NCBI GenBank assembly: GCA_963828525.1
Contig: CAWHEP010000003.1
Span: 114,837 to 178,836 of the forward strand
Source of the DNA: an uncultured Verrucomicrobiae bacterium
GTDB lineage: Bacteria > Verrucomicrobiota > Verrucomicrobiia > Chthoniobacterales > Chthoniobacteraceae
Length of the DNA stretch: 64,000 bases
Direction of reading: 5' to 3'
The position numbers and the translations under genes were made by a program. The number at the start of each line of letters is the position of its first letter. Position 1 is the first letter of the stretch. The notes beneath the pieces were generated by a model. That model worked only from the letters and a program-made list of their open reading frames with translations, was not told the DNA's origin and did not search any database. Below, piece by piece: positions 32,969 to 44,519 of the stretch.

Positions 32969-34267
32969 ATCGCGGGCGGCGGATTGCGCCACCTCATAAA
33001 CTGTCCGAAGCGGCTGACCCGCTTTTTCGCTCGCGAGCCGGCATGATTCAAACTCCGGAGCTATTTGCAAAACCTTCCCTGCCTTCATGCCAAGCTTCAC
33101 GGAGATGTCGCCGTATGGCGTCGCGACGGTTTCGCTTCTGCGTTCCAACTTAATCCTCCGAAGGTTGCCGATCCGCACGCCAAAAGAACTCGTCTCACGG
33201 AAAATCAAGTCGGTAGCGCGTTCCACCAGAGCGTCGTCACAGAGCACCGTTAACTGAACCCCGGGCCGATTTTTTTTCATCTGAACAGGCGTCAAGAAAA
33301 CGTCGAGGGCGCCCATCGCCAGGAGCTTGTCGAACACGGAGCCAATTATTTCCGGGGAGAGATCGTCAAGATTGGTTTCAATTCTCGTGACAGTATCCGC
33401 CTCGGATTTATCTCCCTCGCACGTATCGCCCAGAACGGCCCTCAGGACATTCGGGCGTCCGGCGAGCTCGCGCGCGCCGACTCCGTAACCTACCCTTGCG
33501 ACTTTTAACTGAGGCATCGTTCCAAAGGAGGCGCCAAATTCTGCCACGATAGCCGCGCCCGTTGGGGTGATGAGTTCATCGGCCTCCCCGGTTTGCCGCA
33601 GAGGAATGCCGGCCAGGATCTCCAGGGTCGCGAACGACGGAACGGGAAAGCGCCCATGGGCGCAATCGACCCAGCCTGAACCTTCCTGAAGATGGGACAC
33701 GACGACCTGTTCGACTCCAAGGTGCTCTATGCCGACACAGGCGCAGACAATGTCCGCGATGGAATCCAGAGCCCCCACCTCATGAAAATGCACATCCGAC
33801 GGCGGCATGCCATGGATCTTCCCCTCCGCGACGGCGATTCGCTGGAAGATGGCGAGAGCGCGTTTCTTTACAAAGTCGGAGAGCGCGCTTTCCTCGATGA
33901 GTTTTTTGATGTCGGCGTGTGACCTGCCTGCCGGGTGCTCATGCGAGTGACCATGATGCCCCTCTTCATGATCATGATGGTGGTGCTCATGCGCGTTGTG
34001 ATCGTGGTCTGCATGGTCGCAACCCTCTCCATGTTCCCTTGGGCGCGCCTCCTCTTCGTGACGATGCGTCGCTCCCTCATGGATGCCGAACTTCACTCCC
34101 TCGACATGCTGGCGGGACTGCCGTTCGAAATGCATGTGGAAATCCCCGATTTCGATTTTTGTGAGTTCCCACTCCAAAACAGAGGGCGCAACCCCGAGGT
34201 CGCATAAGGCGCCAACCATCATGTCCCCGCTGACGCCCGAAAAACAATCCAAGTAGAGAGTGCGCAT
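32954..34267 (-). CDS. larC: nickel pincer cofactor biosynthesis protein LarC
   Basis: YLDCFSGVSGDM, His-rich tract, VHFHEVGALDSIAD, ETNLDD, MKKNRPG, APEFE. Confidence 0.92.
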   Translation of the reverse strand: MRTLYLDCFSGVSGDMMVGALCDLGVAPSVLEWELTKIEIGDFHMHFERQSRQHVEGVKFGIHEGATHRHEEEARPREHGEGCDHADHDHNAHEHHHHDHEEGHHGHSHEHPAGRSHADIKKLIEESALSDFVKKRALAIFQRIAVAEGKIHGMPPSDVHFHEVGALDSIADIVCACVGIEHLGVEQVVVSHLQEGSGWVDCAHGRFPVPSFATLEILAGIPLRQTGEADELITPTGAAIVAEFGASFGTMPQLKVARVGYGVGARELAGRPNVLRAVLGDTCEGDKSEADTVTRIETNLDDLSPEIIGSVFDKLLAMGALDVFLTPVQMKKNRPGVQLTVLCDDALVERATDLIFRETSSFGVRIGNLRRIKLERRSETVATPYGDISVKLGMKAGKVLQIAPEFESCRLASEKAGQPLRTVYEVAQSAARDSFGK

Positions 34268-34304
34268 GCGACAGGGATATGGCACCAGCGCGAGGCCGTA
34301 AACT

Positions 34305-35036
34305 CTATAAAGCCGAACCTCTCAGCCTCGACGCGACTTCCGGGAGGCGGACTGTCCCGTCATAAAGGGCACGGCCGATGATGACCCCGTGGAGACCCGT
34401 CATAGCTGAGAGGCGATAGATGTCAGTCTCCCGGGCGACACCGCCGCTGGCTATCAGGGCACATTGCACCGTTCGCAACATCTCTTCGATCTCAGCGAAA
34501 TTAGGCCCTTCCATCATCCCATCGGTGGCGACGTCCGTGTATATGATCGTTCCCGCGCCGGCCGCCTCCACCCGCCGCGCAAGATCGACCGCCGTCACAC
34601 CGGCGGATTCCACCCAGCCTTTCACCAGAACGATCCCGTTCCGCGCGTCGATGCCAACGGCAATCCGGTCACCGCCGAATCTCTTAACCATTTCTTCAAC
34701 GAAGCCCAGGGATTCAGAAGCGCGAGTTCCGATCACCACACGGGACACACCCGCGTCAAACGCCTGACGGATCGCGCCCTCGCTGCGCATGCCGCCGCCC
34801 AGCTCACAGGGTATGTCAATGGCGTCGACGATTTGTCGAACGGCGTCCAGGTTCTTGAGAATGCCCGTGAACGCCGCGTCCAGATCGACGATGTGCAGAA
34901 AATCACCGCCTTCTGTTTGCCACTTCTCCGCAAACTCCGCGGGGCGCGCCGAGAAGACAGTCTTTTCTTCGGCCTTCCCCTGTTTCAGGCGAACAACCTC
35001 TCCTCCCATCAGATCGATAGCTGGGAGCAGAATCAT
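34305..35036 (-). CDS. hisA: ProFAR isomerase
   Basis: PAIDLMGGEVVRLKQG, HIVDLDAA, LGGGMR, YTDVATDG, IASGG. Confidence 0.95.
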   Translation of the reverse strand: MILLPAIDLMGGEVVRLKQGKAEEKTVFSARPAEFAEKWQTEGGDFLHIVDLDAAFTGILKNLDAVRQIVDAIDIPCELGGGMRSEGAIRQAFDAGVSRVVIGTRASESLGFVEEMVKRFGGDRIAVGIDARNGIVLVKGWVESAGVTAVDLARRVEAAGAGTIIYTDVATDGMMEGPNFAEIEEMLRTVQCALIASGGVARETDIYRLSAMTGLHGVIIGRALYDGTVRLPEVASRLRGSAL

Positions 35037-35941
35037 TGGGAGTCATCCTTCGGCGAGGTCTTTTTCTTCACCGGTGACGGATCGGCTTTTTTCTTTGGCG
35101 ATGGGGAGGCATGCCCGGACTTTGCACTCGGGGATGGGGACGGCTTTGGATGGGATTTCACGGGATGTTCGTGACGAGGGCGCGCCTCCGTCTCCTCGTG
35201 CTTGACGGATTCATCGGGGGCTGGGGAAGGAGAGGCGCCCGGTTGAGGCTCCTTCAACAACTGATTGGAAAGTCCGTAGAGATGGAATGGCACTCGTGGA
35301 TCCTTCTGCGTGATCGCCACCTCCGGAACAGTCCGTCCGTCCCAGACATATCTATATTCAATGTAGTAGACCTGGTTCGCGGCAGGAAAAGCCCCTTCGC
35401 TGGATCGGGCGTCATCCTCATTGAAAAAGCCGGTGGACACCGGTTTTCCCCCGTCTCCTGTGAAGGCCAGATCCACAAGTCGATTCTGGTTCGACCAGTT
35501 ACAGATATACAGGCGCAGGCCGTAAGTAGCGCCTGCCTGAAGGCTTGATGTGTTCAGTATGATATTTTGGGCGCTGTCTTTGTCCGCCGCATGGGCAAAG
35601 CACGCGTCGGAGAGCATTCCGCCCAGCATCCCCTTGCAGCCGTCCAGGTTGGCAGCCACTCCGCCCGCGTTCGCCAGCGATCCGCTGGATGTCTTGAAAG
35701 TCACGCCCCCCGCGCTTGACGAGCTGCCGATGCCGACCAGGGAGACGAATAGCGCCCCGTTGATAACCCGATCTATTCCAGTTGTATTACCCGGGTCGAC
35801 AGCCGCTGTATAAACGCCACCGATCCCGGAATGCCAATCCGTTCCGTCGCACGTCATGCCAACATAAGACAGCCCACCCGCATAGAGCCGCGCCAGGGAG
35901 AATGTTAGGCAGAAGAAAACGGCGACAGCAGGCCTGATCAT
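35033..35941 (-). CDS. secreted hypothetical protein with Pro/Lys-rich tail
   Basis: Signal peptide; 4-nt overlaps with both hisH and hisA. Confidence 0.75.
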   Translation of the reverse strand: MIRPAVAVFFCLTFSLARLYAGGLSYVGMTCDGTDWHSGIGGVYTAAVDPGNTTGIDRVINGALFVSLVGIGSSSSAGGVTFKTSSGSLANAGGVAANLDGCKGMLGGMLSDACFAHAADKDSAQNIILNTSSLQAGATYGLRLYICNWSNQNRLVDLAFTGDGGKPVSTGFFNEDDARSSEGAFPAANQVYYIEYRYVWDGRTVPEVAITQKDPRVPFHLYGLSNQLLKEPQPGASPSPAPDESVKHEETEARPRHEHPVKSHPKPSPSPSAKSGHASPSPKKKADPSPVKKKTSPKDDSQ

Positions 35942-36576
35942 CGTTCGAAGCCCGTCGACCTTTGGGCATTCACGAAGTTTCGCAGGATGGCAAGCCCTGT
36001 TGCCTGGCTCTTCTCAGGGTGGAACTGCATCGCGGCGACGTTGCCCCGCGCGGCACTCGCGGCAAATTTTTCGCCGTATGTCGCATTGGAAGTCACAACC
36101 CCGGGATCTTCGGGCACCGGGAAATAAGAATGCACGAAGAACACGTAAGGATCGACAGGGAGCCCCCTCCAAAGAGGATGCGGAGGATTCATGATCTCCA
36201 GAGTGTTCCAGCCCATGTGAGGGACCTTCAGACCGTTTGGCGTGAACCGCCTTACCGTCCCTTTGAAGAACCCGAGTCCCGCTTCGCCAGGCGATTCTTC
36301 GCTGGATTCGAAAAGAACCTGATAGCCGAGGCAGATGCCCAGGAAAGGCCGCTCGCCATTCAGCCAGTCATGAAGGCAGTCCCACAGTCTCCTCTCCTTC
36401 AGTTGCCGCGCGCAATCTCCGAAAGCTCCAACCCCGGGCAGCACGAGAGAGGTTAAACCCTCCATCTCGGCTGGGGAACGAACCAGACGAACTTGCGCGC
36501 CCTCATGCAGCAGCGCATTGCTGACGCTCCTGAGGTTGCCGCTTCCGTAATCAACGATCCCGACCATGGGCGTCAA
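35938..36576 (-). CDS. hisH: imidazole glycerol phosphate synthase glutaminase subunit
   Basis: DYGSGNLRSV, LPGVGAF, GICLG, VPHMGWN, QFHPEKS. Confidence 0.95.
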   Translation of the reverse strand: MTPMVGIVDYGSGNLRSVSNALLHEGAQVRLVRSPAEMEGLTSLVLPGVGAFGDCARQLKERRLWDCLHDWLNGERPFLGICLGYQVLFESSEESPGEAGLGFFKGTVRRFTPNGLKVPHMGWNTLEIMNPPHPLWRGLPVDPYVFFVHSYFPVPEDPGVVTSNATYGEKFAASAARGNVAAMQFHPEKSQATGLAILRNFVNAQRSTGFER

Positions 36577-36614
36577 AGTAGAATGGAACCAGCGGAGTTA
36601 TTCAAACGGAAGTT

Positions 36615-37214
36615 TTAGAGAATACCCTTGGTGCTTGGCACTCCGAGCACTCTGGCGTCAATCTGGCAGGCCTGATCCACGGCGCGGGCGAAGCCCTTGA
36701 AGATCGCCTCCGCCATGTGATGAGCATCCCGGCCATAAAGCACTTCCACGTGCAAGTTGATTGCTGCGTGGACGCTGAAGGCCCGCAAGAATTCCTCGAC
36801 AAGCTGGAATGAGAACAAACCGATCGACTCCACGGGCGACGGAGCTTCAAAGTGAAAGAAAGGCCGGCCACCAAAGTCAACCACCACGCGCGCCAGCGTT
36901 TCGTCCATGGGAAGGTAGAAGGAGCCGTACCGGCGGATGCCGGATTTATCACCGAGCGCCCGGTTGAACGCCTGCCCAAGGCAAATGCCAACGTCCTCCA
37001 CCGTGTGATGCAAATCCACGTCGATATCGCCGCGCGCTTTAACGCTGAGATCAACAAGACTATGCCGCGCGAAAAGCTTCAGCATGTGATCAAAGAAAGC
37101 GATGCCCGTTTCCACCGAGGCTGTTCCCACGCCATCGACGAGGATTTCCAGCACGATATCCGTTTCGGTCGTCTTGCGCGCAACCTCCCCTCTCCGAACC
37201 CCTTTCGCAATCAT
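36615..37214 (-). CDS. hisB: imidazoleglycerol-phosphate dehydratase
   Basis: RKTTETDI, FFDHML, DLHHTVED, PMDE, HHMAEAIFK, PSTKG. Confidence 0.96.
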   Translation of the reverse strand: MIAKGVRRGEVARKTTETDIVLEILVDGVGTASVETGIAFFDHMLKLFARHSLVDLSVKARGDIDVDLHHTVEDVGICLGQAFNRALGDKSGIRRYGSFYLPMDETLARVVVDFGGRPFFHFEAPSPVESIGLFSFQLVEEFLRAFSVHAAINLHVEVLYGRDAHHMAEAIFKGFARAVDQACQIDARVLGVPSTKGIL

Positions 37215-38554
37215 TCGCTGGGAACCTCTTTACCGCGTTTACTTGCAATGGCAACGCCGCCAGCGACCAGGACGACTGCCCCCAGGACGGTCAGCGCTCC
37301 GGGTATCGACATGATAAACGAAACGACGCCCCCACCCCCGCTCCCGGCGTCCGTTGCTGAGGACGTTGACACGGAGATCGGGGTTGAAACGGAAACTGAC
37401 CGCGGGGAAGGCTTCGGCGAAGTTTTGGGTGTCGCATGCTGCGAAGCAGCAGACTTGGACATCGCAGCCTTCAGACCGACCAAGCGCGGGACCAACACCG
37501 CTGAAGCTTGATGGTTTGCAGGCCAGAGGACCGTGGCCTGCTTCAGATCCGCATCGGCTTTGTCCGAATCCTTCGCGGCAATGTCCCTCTCGGCCTCCCC
37601 GGCAGCCCGGATGGATTCCCGCATTTTGTCGATCGGCAGCAACGAGAGCCGGCTTGCCTCGCCTGGGATGAGAGTCTGAAGAGCGAGTAGAATTTTCTCG
37701 CTGCGCGGAACAATCGGCATCCACTTAACACTTTTAGACGACTCGAAAATCGCATTATACCGATCCTGTTCCGCTTTCGCCGCCGCGATCAGTTCAGATT
37801 TGTGCGGTTCCGAAGCAAGTTGCACCCCTGCGACACGTTCCCGCTCGTCGTGGCGGCACGCCTCCAGGCGCCGGTCTATATCCGTGCGCAATGCGGCGAG
37901 AATGCCTTTAGCGAGATCAACCGCATCGGGATATGCCCGCGATCCGGGGTAAAGTTTCTCCAGTTGGTCAAAGGCATTGAGGGCGCCGATATAGTCCCTC
38001 GCAGTCGTCAGATCCCTCATCGAGTCGAGGGCAACCTCTGCCGCAATTTCGTAATGCTCCTTTTCAGCCTCATTGCGGGAAAGCCATTTGCCATTCAGCT
38101 TAAACTCATCCTTGTCAAGCCGGGCCTTTTCCTCCTGGAAGGCCTGTAACGTCTGCTGCGCCTCGGCGCGATGAGGACTCTCCGGGAACCCCGTAATGAA
38201 TGCCTGCATCGCGGCAATTTGCTTATCGTAAACGCCAGGAGAAAATGCGTTCGGCAGAGGTTTGACGCTACGGATGGCAGAATAGGCGATCTCGTCAGCA
38301 GGAGTCTTTTCAATAGAAGCTATATCCTCGCGCGAAATGGCGCGCTGGTCGGTAATCCCTTCAGAAACCTTAACGTCCATCGTGACATCCCTCGCTGTCT
38401 CGGAGGTGATCGTCCCTTGCACCTTTTCTCCGCTTCTCAAAGTTATCGAGTCCCCCCAGGCAGATGAAGCAAGCGCTACAACGAGGACGAAATGGGTATG
38501 GCGCGCGAAGCGAGCTGAGGCGACGCGCGCGGATGAGGGGGATAAGATGCGCAT
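37211..38554 (-). CDS. exported helical protein with C-terminal TM anchor (resembles verrucomicrobial PTPDL-family proteins)
   Basis: Signal peptide, DSITLRSGEKVQGTI N-domain, helical body, Ser/Pro linker, TM plus basic tail. Confidence 0.65.
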   Translation of the reverse strand: MRILSPSSARVASARFARHTHFVLVVALASSAWGDSITLRSGEKVQGTITSETARDVTMDVKVSEGITDQRAISREDIASIEKTPADEIAYSAIRSVKPLPNAFSPGVYDKQIAAMQAFITGFPESPHRAEAQQTLQAFQEEKARLDKDEFKLNGKWLSRNEAEKEHYEIAAEVALDSMRDLTTARDYIGALNAFDQLEKLYPGSRAYPDAVDLAKGILAALRTDIDRRLEACRHDERERVAGVQLASEPHKSELIAAAKAEQDRYNAIFESSKSVKWMPIVPRSEKILLALQTLIPGEASRLSLLPIDKMRESIRAAGEAERDIAAKDSDKADADLKQATVLWPANHQASAVLVPRLVGLKAAMSKSAASQHATPKTSPKPSPRSVSVSTPISVSTSSATDAGSGGGGVVSFIMSIPGALTVLGAVVLVAGGVAIASKRGKEVPSE

Positions 38555-38573
38555 GGATTTAGTGACCTGGATT

Positions 38574-41500
38574 TCAGCTCCTCATGCGCAGTTGGCGCTT
38601 AAGGCTCAGATAGAGCAGATGAAGGGTTCCCAACGAAAAGAACACCAACACCAGAATATTAAACAAAAGAACACTGCACTGAAAGCGAGAAAAAAACTTC
38701 TCAGGGCCGAAAAAAACATTGATGCGGTTTGATCTGCGATAGTCGAGTTGCTCCGTCTCCGCTTTAGACACCAAGTCTATGATTTTCCGGTTCACATATA
38801 GAGCTTCGGCTGACACCCCACTTCTGCGGCTAGCTAAAGCGGCAACATCCAAGGGCCCGCCTGAAAGAATCTCATCCACCCTCCAGAGCCGCTTTTCGAC
38901 CTCACTCGCTGAGGCGCAATCCAGCCCGGACAAAAACGCCAGCGTGTCTTTCAAATCCTCCAACCGGTTCGCCTGCTTTTCAGTCCGCTCCGGGGTAGCC
39001 ACGAGCTGATCGATCTGCTGCTGCAAACGCTCCTGCCGTGAAGTGAGAGGATTCAGCTTCGCCTGGGCGACCACAAGGGCTTCGTAGGACCAACGCATAG
39101 GCATGAACTCGCATAAGAGCGGCACATGGAGGGCGCTCTCGTCCTTCTCCTTTTCGTTATTTGGGTGATTGGAAAACCACCGGTTAAATTCGTGCACGCA
39201 AGATCCAGATTGCGATTCATTTCCTCATATTTGATCAATGCTCCTCCCAGAATGATCTGGGGAATCAACACCAAGGGAACGAAATTCGCCGCGGTTTTCG
39301 CGTCGGAAACGAGTGAAGAGATGAGAAGACCCAGGGCAACGCCGGTAAAGGCGGTGATGAAGGCGTATCCAAAGTAAATCCAGAACATCCCCCTGATCTC
39401 CAGGATCGCGTTGCCAATGAGGATAAAGAGGGCGCATTGCACAGCGGCGAAGAGCGCCAGCGCCATGGACTTCGCGAAGACATAATACGGAAGGCGCACG
39501 TTCAGATTGCGCTCACGCTGGAGCACCGTGCGGTCGCGGATTATGTCATCCGCGCTATTCGTCAGCCCAAGGAACATCGCCACGATGAGGCTCAAAAAAA
39601 GATAGGTCGGAATGTGAAAAGCTGACGCGAAATCGTAGCCGCCGGCCTCGTTATTGTAGCGAAGCACGCCCGCGATCAGCGCCGCCAGAATAGGGGCTTC
39701 GACAATGGTCGTAAGCAGGTTCGCCCGGTTCCTTAGCTTGCTGATGAAGGCGCGGCGAATCAGCGTTTGAAGCTGCATCCATTCATCGCGCCAACGGATC
39801 GCCTCCGGCTTTCGTTCCAGGGAAGGCGGCACGGGCGCCGGGTCCGGCTTGCGCATCGCCACCTGCCTCATCTCCTGCAGGAGGCGAAAAGACTCATACT
39901 TATCCCGCCAGTAGTCGGGGGAATAGCGCCGCGCGGGAACCAGTTGCCCATCCGCGTTTTCCTCGTAAATGATATCGCCACTCAGATCGCGCAAAGGCGT
40001 TTCCAAGACGTCGAAGATGAATTCGGGCCGGGTTGTCCCACATGCCGGGCAGCCCCCCAGTTCCGTGCCGAAGTGCTGCTCATGCTCCGCTTCGGCGAAA
40101 TACCCGAGCATTTCCGCCGGCGTGCCGAAAAAGACGAGCCGTCCACCTTTGTCAATCAGCAACGCCTTGCTGAACATCTGGAAGAGCTTTGAAGTCGGCT
40201 GATGAATAGTCACCAGAACGATCTTGTTGTGGGACATGCTCCGTATGATCTCGATCACATGCTCGGAATCCTTCGACGAAAGGCCGGAGGTGGGTTCGTC
40301 GAAGAGGTAGATGTCGGCTGAGCCGATCATGTCGAGCCCGATGTTCAAACGCTTGCGCTCGCCTCCGCTGAGCGTCTTTTTCATCGGGCTGCCGACAACG
40401 CTATCGCGACGCTCACTCAAACCAAGTTCGACTAGCTTGCCATCGATCCTGCGCGGCGCGATCCCATCGGGAAAGATGGGGCGAGCGAATGGCAGCGGCG
40501 AAATCCAAGTTTTCTTCGATGGTAAGATGTTCATCAAAGGCGTCCTCTTGAGGGATGTATGTGATGTAGTGCTTCAACTTTTCGAGGTTCGAATACAAGG
40601 GTTGGCTATTCAGGAGAACGCCGCCGTGGGTGGGCTGCAACTGCCCGGCAAGAGTTCTGAGCAGTGTGCTTTTACCGGAACCACTCGCGCCCATGACACA
40701 CACGATCTCTCCCCGATTTACCGAAAAAGAAATTCCGTCGAGGCCTCGTTCCTTGTCCCCAAAGCAGTAAGTCAGGTCATGAATCTCCAAGCTGCTGATG
40801 ATGTTGCGCTCCTCCTCAATGATGCGCTCCGAAAAATCGCACCGGAGAACCTGACCCGTGTCTATGCGGATGGTATCTCCATCCGCTAGAGGCATAGAAT
40901 TGCGCACAGGGACATCACCCACCAAAATTGGCCGATCCGCCTGTAAAACTTCGAGCCGGCCGACGCGATTTTCGTAATCGCACTGGATCTTGAGAAGGAC
41001 TTCGCCACCTGTTCCGGGGGAGAGGAGAATGTCGTCTTCCTCCAGAAGGCCCGGGTTATTGGAGACCAGATATTCCGATTTGTGCGCCTTCAATTGGAAC
41101 CGGCCACCCAGGGCGCGCGCGCGCCGCCTCAGATCACTAAGCGATAGCTCGCTGTCGTTGTGGAACAGGATCACATCCTCCAGCGTGCCTTCCACATTCA
41201 CTCCGGCTTTCAGATGAACCCCGTTTAGCACCGCGTCCACATCCTTTAGCGCCTTGATCTGAACCTTCAGCCCGAATTTAACCTCGATGCAACTGTCGCG
41301 GGTGCGGGATTTCTCGACCAGGTACTTCATCGTTGCGGTCTACAGTCAGGTAGAGCTGCGCCAGCGAAACGTTCTTTTTGGCGTTGAAGTAGTAAACGAG
41401 ATCTTGATGGGTGAGGACCTGCTCTCCGAGCACGATGCGCTGGCCGGGATACACCCTGCAAAACTCTCCCCGTCCCAGCGCCCGTCCCCTCACGACGATG

Positions 41501-42174
41501 GCGCGCGTGCTCTGATTCTTGAGGATGATAAGATCATGATAGCGAAACGCGATGAGTTGATCCTCCTCCACCAGTCCCCTTAGGATTATGTCCGCGGAGC
41601 CGTTGTGCCCGAATCTGAGGGATTCGAGGGGGGAAGCTCCCCTTTGATAGACAGAAGGGTCAGACTCGCCCGACGCGTTTAGCTGGTAAACGATGTCGAT
41701 GGCCTGCGCCGCGACGCCCAACTGCGACATGAACGAATAGTAGCTGACCACCTGTTCCTGGTTCAGACCCGCCTTCGATATGAGATCGTAGAGCTGCACG
41801 CCGAGCATGATCTTTCGGTCTGGGCTGAGTTGCGCGGAGAGCTTTTGGGCCATCGCGATCAGATCCTGCTGCTCGTTCAATGCCTGCCGGAAGAGCTTTC
41901 GCAGCTCAGAATAAACAGCTTCCGGATAGTCATAGCGCAGGAAGCCAAGGCTGGAATCGATTTCACCTTCCAGCACCTTCCCATTCACTTTCGAAAATGC
42001 GGCGAGAACCTGGATCAGGAGAGGGAGCAGATTCGGCGCTTCAGCGACGGTGCGCGGCTTGCGCATCGCTCTGCGCGCGAGTTGCCTTGCGGAACGCTGA
42101 ACCCGATACGCGAGAGGCACGACGAAACGCGCGGTGCGTCCCATTTTTGTCAGTAGACCGTAGCCGTTAGTCAT
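38574..42174 (-). CDS. large ABC transporter protein (TerB-like and FHA-like N-terminus, ATPase, ABC-2 permease); frameshifts near 41320, 40460 and 39190
   Basis: [45 protein letters not shown] spread over four overlapping ORFs. Confidence 0.8.
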
Positions 42175-42239
42175 CGTTCAGAGGGTGGCGCGACACTTTT
42201 CATGGCACCCGCGACCAGCCGTTGCAACGTATAACGTTG

Positions 42240-42267
42240 TTGACCGAAAGTCGATATTACCTAGACT
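42240..42267 (+). promoter_or_regulatory. putative sigma70 promoter of ftsH
   Basis: TTGACC-N16-TAGACT, directly preceded by the palindrome CAACGT-ATA-ACGTTG. Confidence 0.4.
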
Positions 42268-42350
42268 TCAATGACAAGACTCCTTCATTGCGCCGCCCTT
42301 ATCGCGGTGATACTCTCATCCAAGACAAATTCCAGGAAATCCTGGCCTCT

Positions 42351-44366
42351 ATGCCTCAACTCACTTCACGTCCTCCGAAAGAAAAAGGCCCCCGTAACGC
42401 GAACGATCCAAACTTTAACTGGCGCGGGATCGTGCTTTTCGTGGTCGCAATTGCTTTGATAGGAGGAGCTTTCATCTTCAAGACGCCTTACGGAAACGTC
42501 GAGGAAATCCCTCTTTACCGCTTCAACGAACTGCTGGCTGACAAGCAGATCGTTAATGACATTCATCACCCGGTCGATGTTGTCTTGGAAGACGGGAGGC
42601 CAACGCAGTGGGTAAAAGGATACTACAAGGGTTCTCAGAACGAAGTCACCCAGTTCCGCACTTCCGTGTCGCTGGATTACGATAAAGACCTTAAAACCAG
42701 GCTTGGCGCCGCTGGCCTCCAGTATGTTTCAGTGAAGGCAGAGTCCAACCTTCTTGCGTCGGCGCTCATAAGTTTCGTTCCCATCGCGCTGTTTCTCCTG
42801 GTGCTTTATTTCTTCTTCCGGCAGCAGATCCGGATGGCTGGCAAGGGAGCGCTCAACTTCGGAAAGAGCAAAGCTCGGATGCTGGCCCGGGACAAAAACA
42901 AGATCACCTTCAAAGATGTCGCGGGAGTGGAAGAAGCGAAGGATGAAGTGCAGGAACTTGTGGAGTTTCTAAAAGACCCCAAGAAGTTCCAGAAGCTCGG
43001 CGGGAGAATCCCGAAAGGTGTGTTGATGGTCGGCCCTCCAGGGACTGGCAAGACATTGCTCGCCCGGGCGATCGCCGGGGAGGCCGATGTTCCATTCTTC
43101 AGCATTAGTGGGTCGGATTTCGTCGAGATGTTCGTGGGCGTCGGCGCGTCTCGTGTGCGAGACATGTTCGAGCAGGGCAAGAAATCCGCGCCTTGCATCA
43201 TATTCATAGACGAAATCGACGCTGTCGGACGGCATCGCGGTCATGGCCTCGGAGGAGGGCACGACGAGCGTGAGCAGACGCTGAACGCCTTGCTCGTCGA
43301 GATGGATGGTTTCGACACCCAGGAAGGGGTCATAATTATAGCTGCGACGAACAGGCCAGATGTGCTCGATCCCGCGCTGTTGCGGCCTGGACGCTTTGAC
43401 CGGCAGATCACTGTAAATCTTCCCGACGTGAAAGGCCGGGAAGAGATCCTGAAGGTTCACGCAAAGAGGGTCAAAATCGGCGAGGATGTAGATCTGGCAG
43501 TCATCGCCCGTGGCACGCCGGGTTACTCTGGCGCGGAACTGGCAAATGTGATTAACGAGGCGGCGTTGCTCGCGGCGAGGCGCGGCCTGAAAGCGATCAC
43601 CCTGTCGGAGTTGGAAGAGGCTCGCGACAAGGTGCGATGGGGCAAGGAACGGAGAAGCCTCGCCATCAGTGAAAAGGAGAAAGAGAATACCGCGTATCAC
43701 GAGGCGGGACACGCTCTCCTGCTTGAAATGCTGGAGCACACCGAGCCCCTGCATAAGGTGACTATCATTCCACGAGGACCCTCCCTTGGTTCCACGATGT
43801 GGCTGCCGATGGAGGATAAATACACGATGCGCAAGAATGAGCTTCTCGATGACCTGGTGGTGGATATGGGCGGGCGCGTTGCCGAGGAAATTGTGTTTGG
43901 AGATGTGACCAGCGGCGCGCGTGGCGACATTAAGATGGCTACAGGGCTTGCTCGGAAGATGGTTTGTGAGTGGGGTATGAGTGAAAAGATGGGGATGGTG
44001 GAATATGGCGAGCACGAGGACTATGTGTTCCTTGGCCGCGATATCTCACGCGCTCGAGACTACAGCGAAGCAACCGCGCAGGAGATTGACCGCGAGGTGC
44101 GGAAACTCTGTGATGACGCCTATTCCCGCGCCAAACGCATCATCATCGACCACAGGGATACACTGGAGACAATCGCCAAGGCTCTGCTCGAATATGAAAC
44201 GCTGGACGGTTCGCACATTCGGGACATCATCAAACACGGGAAGATGCTAAACCCACCTTCCAGCGGGACACCCGTTCGCACAAAGCCGCCAGAGCGGGAA
44301 CCGGAGCCTGCGGGGACTACGCTTGCGCCTGACTACCCGCACGGGTTGACGGAAGCGCCTGCATAG
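42351..44366 (+). CDS. ftsH: ATP-dependent zinc metalloprotease FtsH
   Basis: Two TMs, [30 protein letters not shown]. Confidence 0.97.
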   Translation: MPQLTSRPPKEKGPRNANDPNFNWRGIVLFVVAIALIGGAFIFKTPYGNVEEIPLYRFNELLADKQIVNDIHHPVDVVLEDGRPTQWVKGYYKGSQNEVTQFRTSVSLDYDKDLKTRLGAAGLQYVSVKAESNLLASALISFVPIALFLLVLYFFFRQQIRMAGKGALNFGKSKARMLARDKNKITFKDVAGVEEAKDEVQELVEFLKDPKKFQKLGGRIPKGVLMVGPPGTGKTLLARAIAGEADVPFFSISGSDFVEMFVGVGASRVRDMFEQGKKSAPCIIFIDEIDAVGRHRGHGLGGGHDEREQTLNALLVEMDGFDTQEGVIIIAATNRPDVLDPALLRPGRFDRQITVNLPDVKGREEILKVHAKRVKIGEDVDLAVIARGTPGYSGAELANVINEAALLAARRGLKAITLSELEEARDKVRWGKERRSLAISEKEKENTAYHEAGHALLLEMLEHTEPLHKVTIIPRGPSLGSTMWLPMEDKYTMRKNELLDDLVVDMGGRVAEEIVFGDVTSGARGDIKMATGLARKMVCEWGMSEKMGMVEYGEHEDYVFLGRDISRARDYSEATAQEIDREVRKLCDDAYSRAKRIIIDHRDTLETIAKALLEYETLDGSHIRDIIKHGKMLNPPSSGTPVRTKPPEREPEPAGTTLAPDYPHGLTEAPA

Positions 44367-44446
44367 GAGTTCTGTCCACAGCACGGGCTTGATGGGGGCT
44401 TTCGCTGCGGCGAGTTCACCATGCCTCGCAATTCAGGGAAAGGATG

Positions 44447-44475
44447 TTGACGGGTCGTGACGCGTCGCCTTTAAT
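44447..44475 (+). promoter_or_regulatory. putative sigma70 promoter of gap-pgk-tpiA
   Basis: TTGACG-N17-TTTAAT. Confidence 0.5.
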
Positions 44476-44519
44476 TCCCGACTTCTCACTCAACCACTCA
44501 ACAGAGAATTAATCGATAT

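Noticed and set aside
42969..44015. Long antisense ORFs (opposite ftsH, and similarly opposite gltB, gspE and gspL)
   Set aside because: Shadow ORFs are expected opposite GC-rich coding sequence and show no recognisable motifs.
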